Counted from the first letter of the stretch, positions 14,495-27,661 are shown. The stretch: 64,000 nucleotides of DNA from Marsupella aquatica (GCA_973895155.1 OZ316893.1:5408171-5472170), one strand, 5' to 3'. The notes: generated from the sequence alone by a model not told the origin. Numbers and translations are program-made.

Positions 14495-16414
14495 ATGGAC
14501 TCCTGGTTGCCATCATCTGTGAGGAATGTACTCTTCCGCTTCAACCGAGCCGATTCCTTCCCTCAAAGCTCCAGGTCCAGCGTCACCATTGACACTGTTT
14601 TCTCCAACCTTCCAAAGGAGGTACGTTAGTTTCTTCTTTGTGCTGCAAACCCTGTTCCTCTCCGGCCAGCATTCGTGGCCAAAACGTTTATCTAATTTGT
14701 TGCCCTAAAGTTTTGGTTGTAGGTCGCTCCTGATTCGGATGTGTATGAGATACACTCGCCAGAAATAGAGCCCGAACTCGAAGTGGTGTTTTTCCATGGA
14801 TTTGAGTTTCGGGATTCCCGAGAAGCGTACTGGAAAGATTGGTTGTCTTCTGATGAATCTCAATGTTGGCCGCAGACCTGGCTCGTGGAGGAGTTTCCTA
14901 AAGCCCGGATTCTGTCAGTTTCTTACGATTCACGCCTTGTGCGAGGATAAGCTGGGTTGATCAAAGGACTTGTTGGCAAACCTCCTAATTGTCCAGTAAT
15001 TTTCGTGGGAGGGCTAGTGATGAAGAGTGTCTGCCTACAATACGCACACTCGGCTGTGCTAGAATTATCAGACGACCTCCAGGGCAACGTACCAAATATG
15101 CTACACAAGCTGAAAGGTTTGTTTTTCTATGCCACTCCCCACCTCGGCTCCCTACTCTTGTCGCAAAACAGGACACGTATTCTGCATGGTGCACCGCTCA
15201 CCCCTCTCGGGGAAGACATGCTGGTTCTCAGCACACCAATGGCCCGTCTCAATGGGCAGTTCAACGACCTGCAGAACCATTTTAGATGGAATGTATATGG
15301 AGTTGGAGAAATGCTGGAGACAGAGCTTGTAAGTGCATCCACTAAACTGCGGTGCTAATAGCTTTTACCTGTGTCTTTGCAGCATATCAGAGCGTGTCCT
15401 ATCTTAGATTGCTTTCGTATGGTTAGCTTTCAACTTCAATCTCATTGTTTCTCTTTCCTACTGGGGTGAATTGACTTTATCTGTTCCAGACTTCGTAGGC
15501 TCCGGATCTGTACTTTCCCTGGAGATGTAGACTTTAATAGCTTTGACTGATTGGCGAACTCAAATTAGTATCCCCCAGTTTTCTTGGAGCTCGAGTAAGT
15601 ACAGTCTTAAAATGGCTCCTTCAAATTTGCTCAAAGCTACTGCTAGCGCAAGTAAAGGTACTAACTTACCCTGAATCTCAACCAATTTTTCAGGGACACG
15701 GAATTCGAGGGATTTTTGTGCCGAGTCAATCAGCAGGGCATGGAATGGGGGAATGCTTCTCAGCTATTCCAGCCGATCACTACAAAATATGTAAACCAGA
15801 CGATAAGAATGCTGTGGGTTTTCAACTACTAACAGAATTTATACGTGGCATTCTACAGCAGGTATGGTGTTCATTTGTCTTTTCGAGCTTGAAGTTCTTC
15901 AAAGGGCATCCTATCTGAAATAGAGGCACGTTAAGGGAAATATTTGCATGTAAGATCTTTCAAGTCTGCAAAGCTTGAAATTGAAGTCTAAGAGTCCTGA
16001 AGGAATTTTCAGCAATTGTAACTCTGTTTATTAGCCCAAATCGATGTGACAATTTGTGTGGGACAAATTAGACGACTGCTGTAGTACGCAGCACAGAACC
16101 CGGCTGTACCCTTGCGTGGTAGCACTGGAAAGCAACATATATGGTATGAATCTAGTTTGAAGGCTTTCAAGGCACGCATATGAAGCCAATCTTTTCCTAA
16201 GCTAGTAAGACGACTTGTCTGTGTTTCCGGCCAGCAATCTTTCATTTCTGGCCACGAAGCTTTATACTATGTGAAGGCTTTTCATGTCACGTAACTATCT
16301 TCTCACAATGAGGTGAGAGTGCAATCAACACCATTCTTGCATGGCCATCTGATATTTTGTTTCAATGTGCAGGGCAGCATCACAAACACCGATGGAATGT
16401 CTAGTGCAACTTGA
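14495..16414 (+). pseudogene. Alpha/beta-hydrolase (SERAC1/PGAP1-like; type found N-terminally in liverwort hydrolase-NLRs), disrupted
   Basis: Exons 14495-14620, 14723-15328, 15694-15861 and 16373-16414 are GT-AG and in phase. Motifs: EVVFFHG, CWPQTWLVEEFPKARILSVSYDS, LFFYATPHLGS, ADHYKICKP. There is an in-frame TAA at 14948-14950, and the expected GHSxGG elbow is collapsed to PVIFVG-GLVMK. Confidence 0.82.
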
Positions 16415-19400
16415 TCATGTGGGCATTCAACAAGCACCCGCTAGGCATTTTTAATCTGCATTTCAGTCATCGCAGCACGTGACCCATTATTTATGCAATC
16501 AGTGGGGAGTGAAGATGGTACGTTTTTCAAGGTAGTGCTCAAGACATCACTAATGCGGACCTTCGAATGTCGAGATAGAAAAGAACAAGAAAGCCTCTTT
16601 TAATGTAATAGACGAGGTGTTTGTGCCAGTGACAGAAGCACACCTGAATCCGTTCCTATGGTCGATCCAGTGAAGTGATAGGACGGGAAGACTTTTGATC
16701 GTTAGGACTGTTATAGACAAATGTCAGTATTAAGATTACACCCACGGGCACACGTGACTTCCTGCATTTTAATGACATTGAATGAGGAGCCGGTGATTCT
16801 GGAACCCACATCATTACTCAAAGAACTACTCTTCTCCTACATCCAGCTAACTCTCATCCAAAGTGGATTGACTCCATCATGATGCACTCTTGTGTTAGCC
16901 AACCTTCAAACCTTCAACTCAATGTACACGAAAGGGGAAGAAGCGTCAGTCTAATAACTAGCTCGAAAAGGCACCAAACAGAACGAATTAGACTTTTTAT
17001 TCCGACCCAGTTATCTACAGCTACATGTATTTACTTCCACAGCAAGGAAAAGATAATTACATTACAAGACGTCAAGGATACACAAACTCATGGTCCCTCC
17101 CCAATCCAAATCTTGATCAAGATCAAGACTCGTCAAATAACCCCTAGTCTCTGTGTGGCTGCCCCAATCAAGATTATCCTACCGAAGGTCCTATCCAACC
17201 CGTGCCTCCACTAAGTCAGAAGCCTTGAAGTTTCATGAGAACGGAAAGAATGTAGAATAAAGGGAATGATTGTCATTTCTCCAATGGGCACTGGGATGAA
17301 GAATGCACAACAAATCTCAGGACAGGTTATGAAGGCCGACCAGGAGGTCAGGGTACAGGGGACTGATGTGCCCAAACCCCTGAAAAAAATGAACTAAGAA
17401 TGAAGGTTTAGCGCATGGACGATTTGTGACAGAACGCCTTCCAAGCTCGCCACCTGCGACTGTGTCATAAAGGACTTGGCCACAAGCTAAGGATCTAAGC
17501 CAACCCCGAACGCCACTGGCAGTAGTCTACTGCCAGTCTGACTGTTCAGCACGCGCAAGCTCACTTCTCGAACGGTGTCTTTGTTGAGCTGGAAGTGCAG
17601 CAACCTCACGGAAAAATTAATGCCTCCCCCTTCTTGACAACCTCAGCGTTCAGATTGTTGGGAACTGTTAATGATATTTGTGACGGAAACGGTGTACATC
17701 TCTCCCTCCAGGCGAAAGAGATGGAATGGTGTTGATATCTATCTCACTAATGTCGAGCTATACATTAATTTGGACATTCCATTCTAGATCTAAGTAGGAC
17801 TGATGATGTCCAAGTTTCATAGACAGATCGAGGTAGAACATTTATATTAAGTTGTCTATGCCGCAGCTTGCTCTGCAAGTTTCCGGACTATCTTAATTAC
17901 CGTCATCACATCCTGTGCACTCCTCTGAAAGGACTGTTTAATAAGGACGCTCGTAACGAAGACACTCGTCAGTCGTCACGTCTAGGGACTATTTAAGCAC
18001 TCGGCGTCTCTTCTACCTGGACTACGTGGATGAGTACGCGTGGAGTAGAGTGATCGGCATGGCTGACATTGAAATGCGAATGTCCCTGCATTTTCGATCG
18101 ACCTACCTTAGTTGAACCTCGTTACGAATTCTTCATAGGACTGAAATTCCCCAAGTTGGCGTTACACAGAAAGAAACTCCATATATTTTGCCGATTCTCA
18201 GCTCCTGAATATTTTGGCTGTGATAAAGAAATGACGTAGATTTAGTGCGTTCATGGTTGACTGAGGTTGGTGGAGTTCACAGAGCTTCCTCACGATACAT
18301 CATCTTCAATTGTTTGAATCAAAATCGCAAGCGCCAATCATTCTTCAAGATGATCACCAATTGAAGATCATTGCAACAGAATCTTGAAAACGAATCCGAA
18401 ATTAACCTTTCTACCTATAGGCGCCTTCGGAAACACACAGACAACTCCGGGAGACAACTACTGTAATTCTCTTTCAAAATCCCATTGCTGAAGGTTGTCA
18501 GATCTCACTGAGATTAGAGCTGTAGCAGTACACATTACGGTAGAGATTGCGGTCAACACAAAAACTATTCCCCGGACAACCTTGACGCACTGTTAATCCA
18601 TCTTCCATTTTTTGGCGTTGACAGCCTTCAGCTTTTATTGGTCCCTTGCTATGATTGGAAATTGGCTCGGTTCTCTCTACAGCTTCTCATTTCTATCTCA
18701 CTCGTCTCTCTGGATTTTGTGCAGGTACTAGTTATAATGAAGATAGACCGACCTCAATCCACCAATTCCTCTCCTGGCTGTCCTTGCGTATTGACGTGCA
18801 TGGCTCAGTCTCTCCTTTTGTTTCAATTACAAGATGCTTGCCTGACGTTATTAAATTCTTTGAAATATTGCCAATTATAAGACACCAAATCTTCGTTCCT
18901 ATATTTTGTGAGTATGAGCCGAAGAATCAAAGTGAGGTATTCTACCTGAACCAGGCGCTCCCAACTTTATTTATTTCACTGCACTTCTATGTTACTTCAC
19001 GCGTATATCTACGATATCGGGTATCTTCAGTTGGAAGCGTTCAAAAGGTCCAGCATGGCATCGACAAACTTTGCAAACCCTCATGTCTCCTGATAATCAA
19101 GAGCCTTGCTCGTATAGTAGGCCTGGCAATGCACCGAAAGGAGTGATAGCCGCTGATCCAGATCCGCTCCAAGATTTCTGCAATTGCTGGGTACGTACCA
19201 ATGCACGACGTACCCAGCAATTGCCACCACAAGACTTCGCGTTTCTCGGGCTCGCAAACGCCGCTTATATCACTAGCAATCTGCTCCATGGCATGGTCTG
19301 CACAAGGGCCCTGCACCAATTACTCGTTGGCTAGATTGGACGTGAACCCTGGCGGAATCAGCATGCCGCACTCATAATTTGGCGACGGAGATACTCGTCG

Positions 19401-19435
19401 GCTTCGTTACCAACAGCAGCAACCCTCATGGGCCC

Positions 19436-19553
19436 AATAAGCTGTAAGTTAAAGGTGTGAAGAAAGGGGAGGCATTCATATTCCCGAGAGGACAATAAGC
19501 TGTAAGTTAAAAGGTGTGAAGAAAGGGGAGGCATTCATGTTCCCGAGAGGACT
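19436..19553. repeat. 59-bp tandem duplication
   Basis: AATAAGCTGTAAGTTAAA(A)GGTGTGAAGAAAGGGG(G)AGGCATTCAT(A/G)TTCCCGAGAGGAC occurs twice, head to tail. Confidence 0.9.
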
Positions 19554-19728
19554 CCTCCACGTCCAGCTGAGCACGGGCACCGCGTCAGCTTGGACGTGCT
19601 GAATGGACTGTCAGTGAGTGCCGCTACTCAACGGGGAACAGATTTGTTGGTTCTGAATCCCAATTTTTCAATTGGAGACCGTATATTCGTGACTCCAGAT
19701 TTTGAACAAAGATACTGGTCACGTCATT

Positions 19729-19754
19729 TATATATATATATATATATATATATA
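19729..19754. repeat. (TA)n microsatellite
   Basis: Perfect TA dinucleotide run. Confidence 0.95.
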
Positions 19755-20476
19755 GCTATTGATTCTAAGTCTAAGTTTTGTTTCGATTTGTTTCCTTGAA
19801 CTCAAATAATATCGAACGACAGATGAACCTCCTCTAGAGATCTATCTGTCCAGTTCATAAACTCAAGCATTTTGAGATTTAAACCACACTTGGGTTCTAA
19901 CCAAACCAAATTCTACTCTGTTGTTATCTACATAAACAGTATTTCAAGCTGTAAGTTTTCGTGTGCTCAATATCTCTTAGAAAAAAAACCAAGAATAAAA
20001 ATTCTGCTCCTGACGGTGTACCTATACCGGACTTCCGAAGCACTTCAGGCAAACTTCCGAAGCACTTCAGGCAAAGACTCTCGCGAACAAATTAAAAAAT
20101 TGCACAACGCCGACTTTAATGAAGCACTGTCCCGATCGGTATAAAATTTCAATTACGATGACAGACTCTCACCTTCAAAAGTTTGCAATTGTCTGAAAAT
20201 CACGGCATTGAACTTGAATGCCTGGACTATTTGGCACAAAATTTTCTAACAAATAAATCCGACCCAGGGCTCTCCTCGATCATCAATAGCAATCTGTCAA
20301 ATATACCTGAATGTTCAGGATCATTTTGGCAAGCCAAGTCTCGAACAAAGAAAGCTAGTCCTGGCCTATAAAGAAAGACACACTGTAAAACTTAAAAGTT
20401 CCTAGAACGCCCGAACTTCCACGGAACTTCCGGCCTACCTAAACATGTTTGGCCAGGCTATATATGATCGATCTGC

Positions 20477-21787
20477 TCAAAGTCGAAGGGGAACTATGAA
20501 GGGTGTCACTAAGCGGTCAAATGCAGGACCCCCTTCTGTTTTCTCCCACAAAATTTCGGTGTCCTCGACCCCGAAGCCTTTACTTCGAAGAAGGCCTAGA
20601 ACGCCCGACATCTGGAAACGGGGACGTGGTGAGCTCGGTCCTGAGTCCAAGTGACGTATTCCAAATGATTCGGGCTGCAGGACGCTGTATTTAAATACTG
20701 CTAAGAGCTCCCCATCCAAGGGTACAATTGCTAGTGGTCCTACCTTCGGGGTGTCAAACAATCCTTCCATTGAATACGAAGAAGACTGTAGATGTGTCTT
20801 TGATCGGTTCTCAAGATCATAGACATAAATTGCCGACGGAGATATGCTATGCAATTTGCCTTCAGATGTGAAAAATGTTTGGTAAGCCGTCTCTTCCCAA
20901 GGACCTAATACGACTCTCCATGTATCCTGTACAGGGTTATAAATCTCCAAATAATTTGCTCTGCTTATGTCACTCCATCCCAATGGAATATTGTCAGCTG
21001 CAGCCCGCCGATTAGGTTTGCGAGAGTTCCCGCCGTGGACCAACAGGTGGTCTCCCAGTGTTCCAACTTGATGACCGAACCGCCAGCTTGTCATGGACTT
21101 GATCGCAGTCCAAGCATCGACTTCGGGATCATACACCTCTGCTGTAGCAACAGGTGTGTAACGGCCCAGGTGGTGAGTAATACCACCAAAAGCGTAAATC
21201 TTGCCATTGATAACCCCACATCCAAATTGATGTCTTGCTACTAGCATACTTGCACACCTTTTCCATGGCCTCAGCCCAGCCTGATCCAGCACATACACTT
21301 CATTACTGCTGACAAAGCTCGAGGTGGACCTTACATAAAACAATCCTCCCACAAGATAGAGTTTTCCATCCATCGTTACGCATCCGCATGCCTGTGGGAA
21401 CTCACTTCCAACAGTTGTGAAGCGAGGAAGCTGACAGCAAGCTTTGTCTTTTACAGAATAGAGAACAATGCCGTTGGGATTTCCAGGAGAATACCCATAG
21501 CTATCATATTTGATGACAGCAAGCGCCTCTGTTGAGTGAGAGCGAACTCTTGCGTTATACATTTCGCGACTTTCAGCTGCTTCTCTCCAAGGACGGCTTA
21601 CTGATGTTAGATTTTGAAGTGTTGTCCATCGCAAGAGTGTACTAATCTTGTGCAAGGCGATATTGTTAGAAATCCCTGGAAGCAATTCCGAGCTGGAGAC
21701 TTTCTCCTCGTCTTCCGTTTGATTTCTCTGTGGCAGTTGCTGCCTTACCGTAGCCGTGGCTTCCTCCTCGCCTGCTACACTGGCCAT
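20477..21787 (-). CDS. F-box/Kelch-repeat protein (436 aa, intronless)
   Basis: F-box-like LLPGISNNIALHKISTLL...VSRPWREA is followed by Kelch repeats: CVTMDGKLYLVGG, WKRCASMLVARHQFGCGVINGKIYAFGG, AEVYDPEVDAWTAIKSM, LEIYNPVQDTW. Confidence 0.92.
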   Translation of the reverse strand: MASVAGEEEATATVRQQLPQRNQTEDEEKVSSSELLPGISNNIALHKISTLLRWTTLQNLTSVSRPWREAAESREMYNARVRSHSTEALAVIKYDSYGYSPGNPNGIVLYSVKDKACCQLPRFTTVGSEFPQACGCVTMDGKLYLVGGLFYVRSTSSFVSSNEVYVLDQAGLRPWKRCASMLVARHQFGCGVINGKIYAFGGITHHLGRYTPVATAEVYDPEVDAWTAIKSMTSWRFGHQVGTLGDHLLVHGGNSRKPNRRAAADNIPLGWSDISRANYLEIYNPVQDTWRVVLGPWEETAYQTFFTSEGKLHSISPSAIYVYDLENRSKTHLQSSSYSMEGLFDTPKVGPLAIVPLDGELLAVFKYSVLQPESFGIRHLDSGPSSPRPRFQMSGVLGLLRSKGFGVEDTEILWEKTEGGPAFDRLVTPFIVPLRL

Positions 21788-24074
21788 CGCTTATGAATCC
21801 TCGTTACTATGCAACAACCTGTGGATGACTTCAATTGCCTTATGAATCCTCGTTACAACGTAACTAGGCTACCTGTAGATGTCTTCAATTGCCTTGACGA
21901 AATGGATTTTGCAGAACTATCTCTCTAGATACACAACGTACGTAACAATCTGTAGCTGCCTTCAATTGCCTTGACGGAATGGATATTGCAGAACTATCGC
22001 TTCAGATACACACGATTCAAGTCCCTCATCGAGACATGATCCCGTTCGACCTGCTGGACAGCAAAAACGAAATGCCGAACGAGGCAATGAATCGAACAGC
22101 AAGACCAGAATCTTGGCAAAACTGTCAGAATATCTGTGCCCCCCTTTGTTCAAAACCGACTTAACGTACTGGGAGGAAACCAAATTACTCATTTGGGATT
22201 CGATCTGACATGATGGAGATACAATACCCGGTATGCTGTTCTGAATCCTGAAGCTTGGCAAGTAATTCCAGGTTGAATAATCCGAAACGTAACGAGATGT
22301 TGTCTGTGACATAAGAAGCTAATCAAAGGCAGGTCCATTGAAACAAGAACGAGAAGAACGCTAAATCTGTACTCTAGCTAAGAGTTCCGCAAACTATTTC
22401 TATACAAATCAGAAGCGTAAAAACTGCAAGCCTACAGTTATATCGGGATCACTCAGTAGTTGACCCTTAATGTCTACATCAACGTACTTCAACACTGAAC
22501 AAGATTTTGGACCCGAGATAATACTGAGCCCAATATTGAAAGGAAAATCAAGCCATTCGCTTCATCAAGCCAAATAACGGTAACAAGAATTTGGGCCCGA
22601 GATAATACTGATGCCCAAAACGGAAGGGAAAGCCATTCGCTTCATCAATCCAAATAATTGCAACGAAGGTACCTTCTCGAATTGCCATCATCGAAGAAAC
22701 GGGTGTATCGAAATTTTTAATACGTACCGTCAGTGAAAGAGCCAAGTTTGTAGAAAGAGCCAAGTTTGTAGACACGACGTTCGTCCAGAAACACCGAAAT
22801 CTTTGAAGTTAGACCTGAGGAAAAGTCTGAAAGAGACAGAAACTGGTCGTCCGCAGGGACGAGCCTGAGAGCGAGAGAGAAACTGGTAGTCCGCACGGGA
22901 GAGCCTGAGGCTCTGAGAGCGAGCGAGAGGAAACGTAGCGTGAGAGGGAGGAGGCTCCTTAAATGGAGTTAAGGTCCACATCTCGTGTCTTTTCAGTATC
23001 AAGGTCGCGGTGTACGTACCCGGATAGATCGAGTAGGGCCGTTGGTGACCTGGAAAGGTTGGCTGCATGGATTTTGAAAGGAAAACCTGATGAGCTGTAG
23101 TCTGACCAGTAGTCTTTCACAATGACGAGTTCGCCGAGTAAACCCGATTGGGCAGTGTCTAGTGACTTGGAAAGGTGGGATGTGCGGATTATCAAGGAAG
23201 AAAACTGATGATTGTATGGTGACAGATTGGTCTGGTGGCTTGCAGTCATGAACGAGCGCGCCTGTACGTACTTGGCGCATTTACAGGATCGTTAACATGG
23301 GTTGTGGTGGGGTCGAGTCGGAACTACTTGGACGATAGCTAAGCGTGTCTTCTATTGTCGGCCCCCTACTTACCTCCAATCCGAATACCAGTGGCCGTCC
23401 CGACTGGAATTTGATGTATGCTCACCCTCGGCGCGTCATCAACACAGGCTAAGGAGAGTCTAAGCACTGACCATTGCTTCAATTAACACTTGTGCAACAC
23501 ACCACCAGTGCTTATTGATAGAGTATGGGGCCAATCATCGCTGTTATTCACCCTCCATCCGAATTTCTTCACGGAGACGTCTCTCTCGATTCGAGATTGA
23601 GAGAGACTAATCACTGAAAGTGCATTGATTTACTATCATTTATTGCATTTGTACTCTATCCTGCCGTCTGCCCCAGGCCCAAACTGAAGTACGCCATAAT
23701 TTTTTTCATTCAATCATTGAGGGAGAAGAATACCTGGAAATGGATGCACTAGACTTTTTTTTTTCATTCAATCATTGAGGGAGCATTGAGGGAGAAGAAT
23801 AACTGGAAGTGGATGCCCTCGAGTATATGCTTGATGAGAACATGCTAAAAGAATTTTCATGATAGACACTTATATGAAAATTTTGTTACAATTAGGCCCC
23901 TTGTCACACTTTTGTAATGTTCATTTAAAGTTCCTATAAGAGTGTTAGTTTGATATTTCAGTCCAACCATGTGGAATGACAAACTACACCACTGACATAA
24001 GGCCCAAAGACATAGCAAAGATCATGGCACGAAGGTTGATGACAAGGTATCGGGCAAGGGGCACACTTATGTTT

Positions 24075-24607
24075 CAAAACATCTTTTTACCTCACGGTAT
24101 CTTTCACATAACAACCCTTTTGGCACCACGACATCATTTTACTTGATGACGTCTTTCACATAACGACATCTTTGACGAAATAACTTCTATTTGTTAACAA
24201 CATCATTGTACTTGATGACATCATTTTACTTGATGACATCTTTCACATAACCACATATTTGACAAAACAACTTCTTTTTCTTAACTACATCTTTTGATTT
24301 GACATCATTCATCTTTTTACTTGACAGTGTATCTCACATAATGACATCTTTGACGAAACAACTTCTTCTTTTTTAACGACAACTTTTTTTACTTGACAAC
24401 ATTTTTCACATAATGACATCTTTGGCAAAATGTCTTTTTGTCCTTAACAACACCTTTTCATTTCACAAGATGGTTCACATGACGACATCTTTGGCTTCAC
24501 AACTCCTTTTTTCATAACAAAATCTTTTTAATTCATGACATTTTCACATAAGTTCTACATCTTGGGCGTCACGACATCTTTTGTAGAACGCATGGGTATT
24601 GAGCTAG
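24075..24607 (+). mobile_element. Degenerate ~70-bp minisatellite array ending in a Helitron-like 3' terminus
   Basis: About 7 diverged units (CATC.TTTTACTTGA.GACATCTTTCACATAA.GACATCTTTG.C.AAA...) are followed by AACGCATGGGTATTGAGCTAG|T, which resembles plant Helitron ends (...AACGCACGGG....CTAG|T). The 5' end was not located. Confidence 0.5.
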
Positions 24608-25784
24608 TATAGCATAATTATGTGATAGTGTAGAAGCTTTGGATGTTTGTGAGGTTCACAAAAGAGCTACACGCTTAGGTCTTGCTACAGTATGTACAAA
24701 AATTTGATAAAGCATAATGTTTGGATGTGAGGGTAAGCATAAAGTAACATCAATCTAATTCTATGGTATTGATAACCTGAGCTATGTGGATTACAGTTGA
24801 GATTACAGTATATGGGATAAACAGCCATGAGACCCAATAGGCACATAGTGATCGACCCAATGGATGATCAGCGTCCTTCAAACCCAAAAACCCTATGGCG
24901 CACATTTGCAGAAATAAGTTACCTGTATGGAGGAAGCTATTTTAATTATGATGAAGTTGTGTTCTGGCATGTCAGGGCCTGTCCCAACAAAGCCAGCCTC
25001 GGTCTCCTGCTCATAATATTTTCCTCCCAAATAGCATCTCATGTAATGATGTGTTTGTGCCGATGCTGTTGTGTATAATATTCATGTGGTTGGTACAAGA
25101 TAATTTACTTAATCTCATATAGAGATTACTCTCGAGGATTACTCAGAAGGATTACCTTCTTTGATTAATATCATCCCTCAGTCCCCAAGGATGAAGAATT
25201 AATTTTTCCCCGGGTCTAAGACGCACAACTAAAGGGCATAGGACTCCCCCCTATGGGGCTATAATGTTAGACCAGACTGGTGCGGGTAGCTTGACTGCAC
25301 TACCTGTGATTGAAACACAAGCTGGAGATGTATTTGCTTATATTCCTACCAATGTGATTTCCATCATGGATGGACAAATTGTTTTTGAAACAGAAGTCTT
25401 CTTTTGTGGAAGTCGACCTGCTATTAATTAACATGGGATTATCTGTGAGTACTTTGCGTGGGTTCTGTGGCTCAATTGAAAGCCATGAAACTGCAGATGA
25501 GGGCCCCCTTTTCACCCAACTTTGTCAGGGTTTCAATATCAGCACATTTTGAGCCAAATGTATATACATTTTCCCAGTACCTTTGAGTAAATCCTCAAAC
25601 TTGAGGTTCATCTGGGGGTTTATCCAGACAATAATGCACCCATGGAATTCTGCAGAGTTGGGTTGAGGTTGGAATGTAAGGGCTTGCTGTTGGTGACACA
25701 AGCACCCTATCATGGAATTCTTAACATTGGGGTTAGGGTGCCCCCCTCCACCCTCTTTGGCCAGCAATATCCAATTAGCCCATG

Positions 25785-26083
25785 CTTGGGGGTCTCACTA
25801 TGAGGAGGCCTCCACATCAGCTGCAGCGTTTTAGGCCTTGGACCCCCTGAAATGTAAGATTTAAAAACATTTAACACCTACAAGGTTGGAATATTCTTGG
25901 TATCTTCCAAAATTTGGATTAAAAAGACCCTAATGTTCTCATAAGACAGTCTCAAAATTGGATTGAAAATACCCAAATTATGTTATTCTCAAAAACTTCT
26001 TAAGTATTCCCTTAGAATCAATAAAATGCCATGATCTTTCATTGCACGTAATGTGCCATTTTTGTGGTGGTGAAAGCCCCAAG
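25785..26083 (+). mobile_element. MITE family A copy
   Basis: TIRs are CTTGGGGGTCTCAC ... GTGAAAGCCCCAAG. The left flank AGCCCATG reappears 12 bp beyond the right end. Confidence 0.82.
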
Positions 26084-26222
26084 AGCCAGTCCAAGAGCCC
26101 ATGATGGAATTTATTCCTACTTATCCATCTTCCTTAGTTACCTTATAGAGTTAAACCTGAGTGGCAAATATAGTCTGTTTTGAGACTTTTGTTCAAAAGT
26201 GTCATATCGATCTACCCTTACC

Positions 26223-26504
26223 CTCGGGGGTCTCACTATATGGGGACCTCCCCATCACCTGCGACGTTTTTAGGCCTCGCACCCCCTGAACTGTAAAGGA
26301 AATATTTTTTTAACCCCTATAAAGTCAAGAATATTCCAAAAAATGGATTAAAAAGACCCTGATGTTCTTATTAGTCTCAAAATTGAATTTAAAAGATCCT
26401 ATTGTTCTTCTACAAAAATTCTTAAGTCTTCCCTTAGAACCAATAAAATGACTTATCCTTCGTCGCACGTGATATGCCATTTTTGTGGAAGTAAAACCCC
26501 CGAG
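26223..26504 (+). mobile_element. MITE family A copy with 8-bp TSD CCCTTACC
   Basis: TIRs are CTCGGGGGTCTCAC ... GTAAAACCCCCGAG. CCCTTACC lies at 26215-26222 and 26505-26512. Confidence 0.9.
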
Positions 26505-27379
26505 CCCTTACCTCGGACTGGTTTATTATTAAATACTTTTTAAGATTGTCAGGATTCTCCCCATGGGATCCCTACAGGTCTATCTGGAAGGGGAGAAATG
26601 AGACACTTACAAAGCCATGTTTCTGGCTTCATTCCTAGCTAATACATAGGAAGTTACAACTACTCAAAGTTTGGCAATGAAGTTTGAAGATAAAATGAAT
26701 TAAATTTGGAGATTCTACGAAAAACTTGCCTCTAACTCCAAAATGTTTACATTGCCACATTTTTAAATTTACTTCCATGAGGCAAACATTGAAGAAGATA
26801 ATTATGGTAGTTGGAAGTAACCTGTAATTTTGGAAAACAACATTTAAGCACTTTGCCACTAAAGACGATCGAATTGACAGTACTTTTGCTGACACTTTTT
26901 CTTCACTTACATATATGCCACAATTTTGTATATGGACTACAAGTTCACCAGCATAACTAGGGAAATTATATACTAAAAGTGTGGCATATTTGTAAATACA
27001 GTAAAACAGTGGGAGAGTTGTAGATTTGAACATTTTTATAGCAATGCACTCAAAAGCTGTTTTGGAAAACAATATGAAAAATCAAATAAAGTTAGAAAAA
27101 TGTTTGTAGATCATGACCTGTAATCTAGTTGGGAGAGACACTTTCTAATCATTTAGGTGTTTTGGGCCAAATGGAATGCTCGTGGTCATTCTGACACCAA
27201 TTATTTTAATAGTCTATTATCCTATTCTAGTAGTGGCAGGAGTGGGTCAAGTGCAAGCAATCATCAAAAGTGTTGCAGTCTTTCAGCTTAGGACTTACTT
27301 GCATTTGAGGGGGCATGTCCATCTCATAATAAATAATTTGGGTTTTAATTTGTGTGCTACTCCAAGAGCTCCTTGAGGG

Positions 27380-27661
27380 CTCGGGGGTCTCACTACATAA
27401 AGGACCCCATCACCTGCGACATTTTTAAGCATTGCATCCCCTAAAATGTAAGAATTTTTTTATACCCTATAAAGTTGGAATATTCTAAAAATTTGATTAA
27501 AAGCGCCCTAATGTTCTTACAAGACTCGGACAATTAAATTGGATTTAAAAAACACTAAATTTCTTACACAAAAATTTCTAAGTCGTCCCTTAAAACCAAA
27601 AAAACTACCCTACTCATTGTCGCACGTGATGTGCCAGTTCTATGGAAGTGAAATCCCCGAG
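27380..27661 (+). mobile_element. MITE family A copy with 8-bp TSD CTTGAGGG
   Basis: TIRs are CTCGGGGGTCTCAC ... GTGAAATCCCCGAG. CTTGAGGG lies at 27372-27379 and 27662-27669. Confidence 0.9.

Noticed and set aside
17400-17730. Possible decayed F-box-associated C-terminal fragment (minus strand)
   Set aside because: The resemblance is too weak and fragmented to support.
18638-19334. Overlapping ORFs of 80-163 aa
   Set aside because: No motifs, mostly non-ATG starts, and no consistent exon structure.
24075-24590. CRISPR-like array
   Set aside because: The units are degenerate and contiguous with no unique spacers, there are no cas genes, and the context is eukaryotic.
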